A stretch of DNA of 44,321 nucleotides from Hyphomicrobiales bacterium. Its GTDB lineage: Bacteria; Pseudomonadota; Alphaproteobacteria; Rhizobiales; BM303. This document shows positions 36,909-44,321 of the stretch, one piece after another (within the stretch, counting starts at the first letter, position 1; each line of letters opens with the position of its first letter). The position numbers and the translations under genes are program-made. The notes below the pieces were generated by a model. That model ran no database searches and was not told the DNA's origin. It saw only the letters and a program-made list of their open reading frames with translations. The DNA lies in assembly GCA_002869085.1 (NCBI GenBank), contig PKTQ01000384.1, forward strand, positions 1 to 44,321. Direction: 5' to 3'.

Positions 36909-37020
36909 GGGGGTAAAAATAGGGGTAACACCATATCACTCAATCATAAATAGTGTTCTATATCAATCAGTTACTTGGTTAGTTAGATTCCGCCCCTGGC
37001 ACCATATATTTCAATAAGTT
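36909..37020 (+). repeat. right copy of the ~90-nt direct repeat plus a degenerate tRNA-Phe 3' end and tRNA-downstream-like flank
   Basis: 36909-36998 aligns with 28302-28392. GATTCCGCCCCTGGCACCA (36986-37004) equals tRNA nt 80-99 minus one G. TATATTTCAATAAGTT (37005-37020) resembles ATACTTTCAATAAGTT at 100-115. Confidence 0.6.
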
Positions 37021-37099
37021 AGCATATTTCGAAGGTTGCGTTAGTCGCTTCTTAGTCGCGCCAATACGACTTATACGTCATCGTTGCCAAGTCACTATC

Positions 37100-37942
37100 T
37101 TAAATGTGATGGAATGGTTTGCGCTCTTGCTCTGGCTGGTTCTGACGGCTGTATGCAGCATGTACAATGTTCGAGACAACCATGCCACCGATGATGTTTG
37201 ACAGGTCCACTCCAAGGCGTCCTTTCTCAAGATTGACGATCAGCACCTGCCCTTTATCCATAATCTGACGAAATCGAAGTAGCTTTTCAGGATTACAAAC
37301 AGGTTTTCGCACAACAGGATGAGCCAAGAATGCTCCAAGTTCGTTCGCAATCGGAGCCACAACATCTGCGGCATTTTAAAAGTTAATATTGGGATATTCG
37401 GCTGTCCAAAACTGCTGCATCTGAGGGTTGGTGACAGCTGACAGCACTTCGTTACGGAATGACTTGTTCAAGAACAAAGGAATGATGTCTTGCTGTGTTG
37501 ATGTTGGCCATTCCAAAAGCGCTAGCAGTGAGTAGCGTAATAGGTGCTACATACGCGCACCCCATGCATCTGAGCATTGCTTCTTGAGCGTATCAATTTG
37601 ACCCGATACTACAAGCGATCTATATGAGCTGCGCACATATGTCAGTGAGATATATCCATACGGCCAATCAGGATCAGCGATATTCCAATAGATTGCTTTG
37701 TAATCGCTATTTGATCTTACCGCTTCCGCTAAATCCCCAAGTGGATCAATCAGGTAAAACCCTTGGCCATGAGCCAAATCTTGACGCATCATATTGAGAA
37801 GTAGTGTTGATTTCCCCGTACCGGTGTAACCGACAATGTACTGATGAAGTAGTCGGTCTCGCGGTGAAATCCCAAACAGCTTGTGTGGGTAGTGGCCTAG
37901 AGCTGTTCCCAATATGGGGAGCTGATGGTTTTTTTGTTTCAC
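37100..37942 (-). pseudogene. TraD/VirD4-like ATPase paralog, frame-disrupted and 3'-truncated
   Basis: 37547..37942 gives YIVGYTGTGKSTLLLNMMRQDLAHGQGFYLIDPLGDLAEAV. 37100..37360 gives FRQIMDKGQVLIVNLEKGRLGVDLSNIIGGMVV..QPEQERKPFHHI. Both align with the 16464 gene. The middle is in another frame, and the Walker B and C-terminal half are missing. Confidence 0.75.
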
Positions 37943-38085
37943 TACTGAATTGTGAGCAATCTATACTGTCTAGCAAAGGCAATCTGGAATGTTGCTGGGT
38001 TCTCATAACAGTTAACGCGCCTAATATCAGGCATATATAATGATATTTGAATGAGTAATGATCAATACATATACAAATTGTATTT

Positions 38086-38511
38086 TTAGTTCGGTAACAT
38101 TTTCCATATACATACTAAAGCAACAACCATGGGGACAACAAGATCTACTACCTGTGATAGCACGAACTTTGCATTTTGTGTATTTCGATTCTTAGCTGCA
38201 AGTTCTTTATCATTTTCCGATAAATTTTTATTATCTTGTACTTTTCTGTACTCTACAATTTTACTGTAATCTTCAAGTTTATATTCCTTTCTTTTAATAT
38301 AAAACATAACCAGAAATATTGCAAAAAAATATATAAATGCTATCTTTGCCAATACCAACAATGCTGGCTGACTAATATTAAGCGTTATTCCTGCCCACTG
38401 TATTGCATTTTTGGGTATTGCCACGCTATCTAGCACTAACACTGATATAGATGATGTAATAAGGGCTTTTTTACTTTTTATAAAATCATCATGGTCTAAA
38501 GAAGCAAGCAT
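38086..38511 (-). CDS. hypothetical small membrane protein (141 aa), AT-rich
   Basis: Three hydrophobic segments. No motif recognised. Confidence 0.5.
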   Translation of the reverse strand: MLASLDHDDFIKSKKALITSSISVLVLDSVAIPKNAIQWAGITLNISQPALLVLAKIAFIYFFAIFLVMFYIKRKEYKLEDYSKIVEYRKVQDNKNLSENDKELAAKNRNTQNAKFVLSQVVDLVVPMVVALVCIWKMLPN

Positions 38512-38764
38512 AATAAAAATCCTTCGAAAACTGCTATTGTATAGGATTCTCTTTTACCAACAGTTTTCTGATTATATGTAACCCTAATGCTCTACGCAAG
38601 ATTGCCATTGGAGATATGGTAGTTTGACCCTTCAAATTCCAAGGGGTATAAAAATTGTTGATCCTAGCATTTTAAACTCATTGAACATCATTGTTTGTTG
38701 GTGATAAGATTGAGACTTGAATTGGAGTGATCCATGCTCTGGAGTGTTACTAAACTTGTGTTGA

Positions 38765-39427
38765 GTGTCACAATTAACCCCTATGCAACCCATTGATATT
38801 AATGCAGTATTTTTTATGGTGGGGATCTCAATTGTCCTAATTGTGTCCGGTTACCAGTTTTATTTCTGGCCCCAAAGGAAGCCATTGCGCACATGCAATG
38901 TTGGGAAAGTTTCTAGCATTGATAGCAGGATACCCTTTCAACCCCAGTGGGTTTGGATTTATTCTGCGCTATATTACCCTTTTATGATTAGTCCAGTTAT
39001 TTGGATTAGTTCTGCAGCTGAATTTATGTGGATATGTGCGAGCTATGTTTTATTGCTATTTATTCATGTGGCAATTTCTATGATGTATCCTATTAAAACT
39101 CCAACAAACTGGAGAGACTATAATCCGAATACTTATTCGAAGAGGTTTTTAAAATTTATTCAATCGATAGACAAAGGGGGAAATTGTTTCCCATCTATGC
39201 ATGTAGCAGTTGCTACTCTTACAGCTCTGCATATGACATTTGGATTAATTGAAACCTTCAACTGGATTGTTATTCTTTCTTGGTCCTCAGTTGTTGCCAT
39301 CTCGCTTAGTTCCGTTTTAACAAAACAGCATTTTACAAGAGACATCGTAGCAGCATTCCCATTGAGTTGCGCATTGTACTATTTCTATAGCAAATATGTA
39401 GATATAGAAATGTTCTCTATATTTTAA
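38765..39427 (+). CDS. PAP2_C / sphingomyelin-synthase-like (lipid phosphotransferase/phosphatase) membrane protein
   Basis: CFPSMHVAVATL (SxH motif) and TKQHFTRDIVAA (HxxxD motif) lie in a polytopic protein. The start is GTG 38765 or ATG 38783. Confidence 0.6.
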   Translation: MSQLTPMQPIDINAVFFMVGISIVLIVSGYQFYFWPQRKPLRTCNVGKVSSIDSRIPFQPQWVWIYSALYYPFMISPVIWISSAAEFMWICASYVLLLFIHVAISMMYPIKTPTNWRDYNPNTYSKRFLKFIQSIDKGGNCFPSMHVAVATLTALHMTFGLIETFNWIVILSWSSVVAISLSSVLTKQHFTRDIVAAFPLSCALYYFYSKYVDIEMFSIF

Positions 39428-39564
39428 ATAATTGCATATTATTATTTAGTACTTGCTATTTCTTACATAGTTTACGCTAGCGTAACGCAAATATTTAGAT
39501 AATTAATCTCGAATTTTGCGTTAATATGTACAATTATTCTTTTTTGTTTTCATCCATCTAGGGC

Positions 39565-40404
39565 CTGTTGACAAACTGGATTCCCAAATCAGCGCAGATG
39601 TGATTCAAGATACCTTTTGGGGAGGATATCTTGGCTCGATTGTTGATGGAAGACGCTGAATGGGCGATTTTTGAACCCTTTATCACATCCATTCGTGGGC
39701 GCAGCGGACGACCGGCCAGCGATCACCGTCGCGTTCTGGACGGGGTGTTCTGGATTGCCCGCACCGGCGCTCAGTGGCGGGATTTGCCCGATGAGTTCGG
39801 CAAATGGTCCTCCGTATACCGTCAGTTCCGGCGCTGGACGCTGGCGGGATTGTGGGAATTGATGCTTGAAGCCTTGAGCGACAGCGGGACCATGCCGGAT
39901 CAGGTTCAGATGATTGATTCCACCATCATCCGCGCCATCATCAGGCAGCTGTCGCAAAAGGGAGACTCAGAGCTAAGGTTTTGGCCGCTAAAAAGGTGGC
40001 GTCACGACGAAAATCCACCTGATCACCAATGCCCATGGTCTGCCGGTGAAAGCAGAAATCACCGGCGGACAAGTCTCTGATTGTAAAGGCTATGACCTCT
40101 TGCGCGACGGTGATACGGCCTCTGCCAAAGTCCTGATCGCCGATCAGGGCTATGATTCAGACGCCATCAGGAACGATGTTGAGAACTACGGCGGTGCGCC
40201 GGTCATCCCGTCCCGCTCCTGCCGCAAGCAGGACATTCCCATCGACCGCTTCGCATACGCTTTGCGAAACCAGATCGAGCGCTGCTTCAACAAGCTGAAA
40301 AATGCCAGACGTCTGGCAGCCTGATACGACAAAACAGCGGCCAGCTATCTCGGCTTCATCCACATCGTGTCGGCAAAGTTGTGGATCAAGTAGTTTGTCA
40401 ACAG
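39565..40404 (+). mobile_element. second IS5/IS427-like element, transposase decayed
   Basis: IRs CTGTTGACAAACT (39565-39577) and AGTTTGTCAACAG (40392-40404). The transposase has an extra frameshift near 39935, a mutated slippery site (AAAAGGGAG) and an in-frame TGA at 40321-40323 before YDKTAASYLGF. Confidence 0.8.
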
Positions 40405-40449
40405 GTTCTAACAGACTTAATTAAGGATATTAGAGATTAATACTGTAAT

Positions 40450-40980
40450 TTATATTGTTATCCATTTGTATATAATGGTATCGATCTTATAATAATACTT
40501 CAGTATCAATGTTATCCACCCGAACGCAACAACAGTATACAAGACTGTTAAGGCCGCATGTAGATTAGTGCGCGGTTCACCACCGTATAAATTCCGTGAC
40601 ATATATGTATACTGCGGATATACTCCCCCTTCTTCAAAAAATAAAAATGATTTATGCTGTTCAATTAACTTTGCTCGATTTATAAAATGCTTAGCACTAT
40701 TAAATAATCTCGAATTCTGCATTGCAGCACCCACGGAAAGAGCAAAAGCCAGAACAGCAAATATAACTTGAGAATAAAATATTTTGTCCTTAGACAATAA
40801 TACTAATTTTTCATCTAACAAATACATAAGCGCCAGCGTAATAATCAATATAAACACCTGGAATACCACCCACAAAACAAGCAAACTAGATATGTATTGC
40901 CATGTTGTTCTAATGTTACTCGACAATTCTGAGTATTCCACTGAAATTAAAGTTATACTTGCTGTCATTGTCTTTGCCAT
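40450..40980 (-). CDS. hypothetical polytopic membrane protein (176 aa), AT-rich
   Basis: At least four hydrophobic helices. No motif recognised. Confidence 0.5.
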   Translation of the reverse strand: MAKTMTASITLISVEYSELSSNIRTTWQYISSLLVLWVVFQVFILIITLALMYLLDEKLVLLSKDKIFYSQVIFAVLAFALSVGAAMQNSRLFNSAKHFINRAKLIEQHKSFLFFEEGGVYPQYTYMSRNLYGGEPRTNLHAALTVLYTVVAFGWITLILKYYYKIDTIIYKWITI

Positions 40981-41312
40981 TATTTATTATGGGCGCGATT
41001 GCCATAGTTATATATGCAATATTGAACTGAAAAACACAGCTTCTCGATGCCACGTTTTTCTTACACCATTTCAATCCGTAATGATATTTTTGTCAACTTA
41101 AAGATGTTATTTGTACCTTGTGAAAGCGAGCTTATTGCTTTGAATCAATTAAAATGTGAGTGCCGTAATATACCTTATTGGTCACAAACACTCAAAATAG
41201 AGATGTCGATTTATCGAATGGCAGATCAACGTTAAAGCATAGTTGTGAATTTTTTGCCAATTAATACTTGATATGGTAGATTCGAAGAGGGAGTTTTTTT
41301 GAAAAGGATGGA

Positions 41313-42167
41313 TTGAAACTGCGTACTACTGACTCAAGCAAACAAATAAAATTGTTGAATTCTGCGACGGAATACTGGTTGACTATGTCCGATGGCACAG
41401 AGATCAGAATATTGCGGCAATTAGCTTTGGCTGAAAACCACCGACATCTTTCAATTGTATTCATTGGTGGCTGGGGTACTGTTGTCCAGAACTGGGAGCT
41501 TGCGCTCAACGAACTAGGACAAGATTTTGATGTTTATTACGTCGAAACTCGGGAAAAACAATCCAGCAAATTAACCCGTGATTCAGTGAATAATCTTGAT
41601 CGCATATCATGTGATATCATTGAAGTTGTTGATTATTTTAAGATATCGGAGCACCGGTTATTACTCTTTGGCTCCTCATTGGGTGGTTTAATCGCTGCAA
41701 ACACTCTTGCCGAAAAGAAGTTAAATCCAGTACTTACCATTTTTGCAGGACCTATTGAGAGATTTTATCTTCCACCAATTTCAAAATACCTCATCCTTTT
41801 TACTCCAGTCGCTATATTGGAACTTGCACGCCCTATAATCCGCGGATGGCTCCAACTTAGCCGCTCTGTGAGCAAGTTTCAGTTGGCAACCTACCTACGA
41901 ATCCTTGATAATGCAGACCCAAGAAAATGGCGCTCCGTTGCTAAACATATAATCAATAATACTTATTGGCACCTGTACGAGCGAGTCCACAGCCCATCGT
42001 TAGTTATCTCCATTTCGGACAATGATAAATTCCATTCGGGAAGCAAGGCTGAGAAGATTGCCGATCTAATTGATGGATGCCAATCTATTTCAGTACCTAC
42101 TGTTGCTGATATTTACTCTAAGCAACTTGCAGAAATTATTCGTAATCACCTAGATAGTGAGGCATGA
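41313..42167 (+). CDS. alpha/beta-fold hydrolase
   Basis: Nucleophile elbow LLLFGSSLGGLIAAN (GxSxG). IVFIGGWGT oxyanion-region pattern. TTG start with AAGGA upstream (an alternative ATG is at 41385). Confidence 0.7.
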   Translation: MKLRTTDSSKQIKLLNSATEYWLTMSDGTEIRILRQLALAENHRHLSIVFIGGWGTVVQNWELALNELGQDFDVYYVETREKQSSKLTRDSVNNLDRISCDIIEVVDYFKISEHRLLLFGSSLGGLIAANTLAEKKLNPVLTIFAGPIERFYLPPISKYLILFTPVAILELARPIIRGWLQLSRSVSKFQLATYLRILDNADPRKWRSVAKHIINNTYWHLYERVHSPSLVISISDNDKFHSGSKAEKIADLIDGCQSISVPTVADIYSKQLAEIIRNHLDSEA

Positions 42168-42351
42168 ACGTGTAAAGTTAAATCTTAATTTTGCCAAGTT
42201 GTGATCGAGTATCGAAACACGAGCAGGCTGTGCATTTACGTTATTCTCGTTCTTGTATTTTGACGAGATCAACCACTTCCAGCCACTCAGGGCTTTGAAT
42301 AGCCCCTAGATTCGTAGACACCTTCTTTCCTAATTTTGAGGCAAGGAGGCC

Positions 42352-42657
42352 ATGATGAGCAAATCCAATTACAGTGACGATTTCAAGCGGGACGCAGTGC
42401 GTCAGATCACCGAGCGGGGCTATCCGGCTGCGGAGGTTTCCAAGCGTCTGGGCGTGAGCCAACATTCACTCTATGCATGGAAGAAGAAGTTCTCGCAGCC
42501 ATCCGGTGGCGATGGCAAGGACGCCGAGATCCGGCGCCTGAAGCGAGAGCTGAACCGGGTGACCGAGGAGCGTGACATCCTAAAAAGGCCACTGCGTACT
42601 TCGCCAGGGATGCATCCCTCTCGACGGTGTAAACACCCTCTGCCGGTCAGTGAGTGA
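42352..42657 (+). CDS. IS3-family transposase OrfA
   Basis: MMSKSNYSDDFKRDAVRQITERGYPAAEVSKRLGVSQHSLYAWKKKF...RLKRELNRVTEERDILK. A slippery A-AAA-AGG lies at ~42585. Confidence 0.8.
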   Translation: MMSKSNYSDDFKRDAVRQITERGYPAAEVSKRLGVSQHSLYAWKKKFSQPSGGDGKDAEIRRLKRELNRVTEERDILKRPLRTSPGMHPSRRCKHPLPVSE

Positions 42658-43529
42658 GGTACGCGTTTGTCGCCAAGCATCACCCACTGTTTTCGGTACG
42701 GGCGATGTGCCGCTGTCTGCGCATCCACCCGCGCGTTTTCTATGCCTGGCTCAAAAACCCATCCTGCAAGCGAGCCCGGGATGACGCCCGCCAGACCGAA
42801 CTCATCCGCAAGGCGTGGAGGGAGAGCGGCAAGGTCTATGGCTATCGCAAACTACACGATGACCTTCTGGACCAAGGCGAGAGCTGCTGCCCGAACCGTG
42901 TTGCCAGACTGGCCCGGCTTGCCGGGATCAGGGCCCAGATCGGCTACAAGCGCCGTCCAGGCATCTATGGTGGCAAGCCGTCTGTGGTTGTTGACAATGC
43001 GCTGAACCGGCAATTTGATGTGGAAGCGCCAGACAGGGTCTGGGTGATAGACATCACCTACATAAGGACTCATGAGGGCTTCGCCTATCTGGCTGTTGTG
43101 ATCGACCTCTACTCCCGCCGTGTTGTTGGCTGGTCGATGCAGAGCCGTCAAACGACAGTTGTTGTGCTGCAGGCCTTGCTGATGGCTCTGTGGAGACGGA
43201 AACCGAAGAACAGGGTGCTTATCCATTCCGATCAGGGTTCCCAGTTCACCAGCATGGACTGGACGTCATTCCTCAAAGCCCACAATCTGGAACACTCGAT
43301 GAGCCGGCGAGGAAACTGTCATGATAATGCCTTGGTTGAAAGCTTCTTCAACCTGCTCAAGCGCGAGCGGATACGGCGTAGAACCTACAAGACCCGCGCG
43401 GAGGCCAGGCAGGATGTGTTCAGCTATATCGAGATATTCTACAATCCGAAGCGCAAGCATGTGAGGAACGGGATGCCGTCACCCGTCGAATTTGAACGGC
43501 AGCAGAAAATGAGAACCGAGGGTGTCTAG
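42654..43529 (+). CDS. IS3-family transposase OrfB (DDE/rve)
   Basis: WVIDITYIRT...HSDQGSQFTS...GNCHDNALVESFFNLLKRE. The -1 frame between the slippery site and GTG 42654 contains two stops (42630, 42651), so an OrfAB fusion may not be made. Confidence 0.8.
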   Translation: MRYAFVAKHHPLFSVRAMCRCLRIHPRVFYAWLKNPSCKRARDDARQTELIRKAWRESGKVYGYRKLHDDLLDQGESCCPNRVARLARLAGIRAQIGYKRRPGIYGGKPSVVVDNALNRQFDVEAPDRVWVIDITYIRTHEGFAYLAVVIDLYSRRVVGWSMQSRQTTVVVLQALLMALWRRKPKNRVLIHSDQGSQFTSMDWTSFLKAHNLEHSMSRRGNCHDNALVESFFNLLKRERIRRRTYKTRAEARQDVFSYIEIFYNPKRKHVRNGMPSPVEFERQQKMRTEGV

Positions 43530-43547
43530 AAAACTCGGGGCTATTCA

Positions 43548-43928
43548 GTCAGCGCCACCTCCTTCCTGATCGCAGCTGTCGGATATTACCGCAAGTTTGG
43601 TGTCCCCATTACACGGGGCTTGACCGACAATGGCGCCTGCTACAGATCCAACGCTTTCTAAAAGGCGTGTAAGAAGCTCGGTATCAAACACATACGGACC
43701 AAACCCTACACCCCGCAAACCAATGGCAAGGCCGAGCGCTTCATCCAGACCGCCATAAGAGAGTGGGCATATGCCAGAGCTTGCGAGACCTCAGAACATA
43801 GGGCAGCTGAACTGCCAATATGGACGCATATGTACAATTAGCACCGGCCACATGGGGGAATAAAAGATCAAACGCACATCAATCGACTAGGTGAAACTGA
43901 GAACAACCTGTTGAGGTTCCACATCTAG
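43548..43928 (+). pseudogene. IS481-family transposase C-terminal remnant with two in-frame stops
   Basis: Hand translation gives ...GLTDNGACYRSNAF*KACKKLGIKHIRTKPYTPQTNGKAERFIQTAIREWAYARACETSEHRAAELPIWTHMYN*HRPHGG.... It begins at the IS3 boundary. Confidence 0.75.
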
Positions 43929-44016
43929 TCAATCGGTGATGTATGCATTCTTTGGTTGCATACATCCGCTAATAATGCTTATCTATGCGGGCAAATCAAT
44001 CTCTGGAATAATAATA

Positions 44017-44321
44017 ATGATTGAAAAACAAAGAGATTCCGTCGATTTGGGTGTGGCCGGACAAAACCTTCAGCTCAACTCTCTTAACCAACTATATCAG
44101 AGCCTTGATCTCGGACGTGCCACCGCAGCACGTCAAATGTCAGAGGCGGGCTATGCCTATCCCCTCAATGGCCCAGCAGAATATCGCGGATGGTACCGCA
44201 TCACGGGCGGTGCTGATGCCGGCAAGGCTCTCTGGTGCCCCAAATGGTCGAAATTCGATGGCCCCCGCCCCGATGGGCCGCATCAGGGTGCCGATCTTTA
44301 CAGCCATGGCCGCGAGAGGCT
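44017..44321 (+). CDS. partial CDS running off the window; possible M23-family metallopeptidase-like protein
   Basis: Hand translation gives MIEKQRDSVDLGVAGQNL...WCPKWSKFDGPRPDGPHQGADLYSHGRE. HQGAD fits the M23 HxxxD motif. Open to the window end. Confidence 0.4.
   Translation, partial: MIEKQRDSVDLGVAGQNLQLNSLNQLYQSLDLGRATAARQMSEAGYAYPLNGPAEYRGWYRITGGADAGKALWCPKWSKFDGPRPDGPHQGADLYSHGRER

Larger units (their letters stand above)
42296..43547 (+). mobile_element. IS3-family insertion sequence (1252 bp) inserted into an IS481-like element
   Basis: 27-nt imperfect IRs TGAATAGCCCCTAGATTCGTAGACACC (42296-42322) and GGTGTCTAGAAAACTCGGGGCTATTCA (43521-43547). TG...CA termini. Flanks CTT and GTC, so no target duplication. 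Confidence 0.85.

Noticed and set aside
42241-42295. Left flank of the IS3-family element, as the expected N-terminal half of the interrupted IS481 transposase
   Set aside because: No frame of this AT-rich flank resembles an IS481 transposase. The upstream half appears to be deleted, not displaced.
43938-43966. Perfect 10-bp stem-loop GATGTATGCA-N9-TGCATACATC, 10 nt after the IS481 pseudogene stop
   Set aside because: It has no following T-tract. It could be an IS481 end structure or a weak terminator, and the evidence is insufficient.

Overview
This window is a mosaic accessory region at a tRNA-Phe gene (24-99). I made every call by reading the sequence and the ORF track. No searches were run, so all family names are motif-based recollection.

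The 47-nt 3' part of the tRNA recurs exactly at 27174-27220, next to a P4-type tyrosine integrase (25782-27020). This delimits a ~27-kb island, 'island A'. A degenerate third copy lies at 36986-37020, so several elements appear to be stacked in tandem.

Island A contains:
- an AlpA/excisionase-like gene, an iteron/A-tract array and an HUH Rep-like gene;
- a five-gene plus-strand operon (2457-8756) centred on a 911-aa HEPN + Lon-like protease + TM protein;
- a three-gene minus-strand cassette (9347-14272): GHKL ATPase fused to a Shedu-like nuclease, DinG-like helicase fused to a PD-(D/E)xK nuclease, and a small MtlR-like HEPN protein;
- an orphan TraD/VirD4-like ATPase;
- AT-rich membrane-protein cassettes;
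- several IS elements (IS5/IS427-like, two IS3-family, an IS66 remnant).

The next module (28302-37020) is bracketed by ~90-nt imperfect direct repeats that end in tRNA 3'-end fragments. It encodes a HlyD protein, a C39-peptidase ABC exporter, a second ABC exporter and a cNMP-binding protein. It also encodes three double-glycine-leader peptides, one of which is absent from the ORF track. No modification enzymes are present.

The distal part (37.0-44.3 kb) holds a decayed TraD-like gene, an AT-rich membrane/lipid-enzyme cassette, more IS elements and a partial M23-like gene.

The two best candidates for an undescribed system are the GHKL/helicase/HEPN cassette and the HEPN-Lon envelope operon. 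Both look like defence-type loci, but neither has been checked experimentally or by search.
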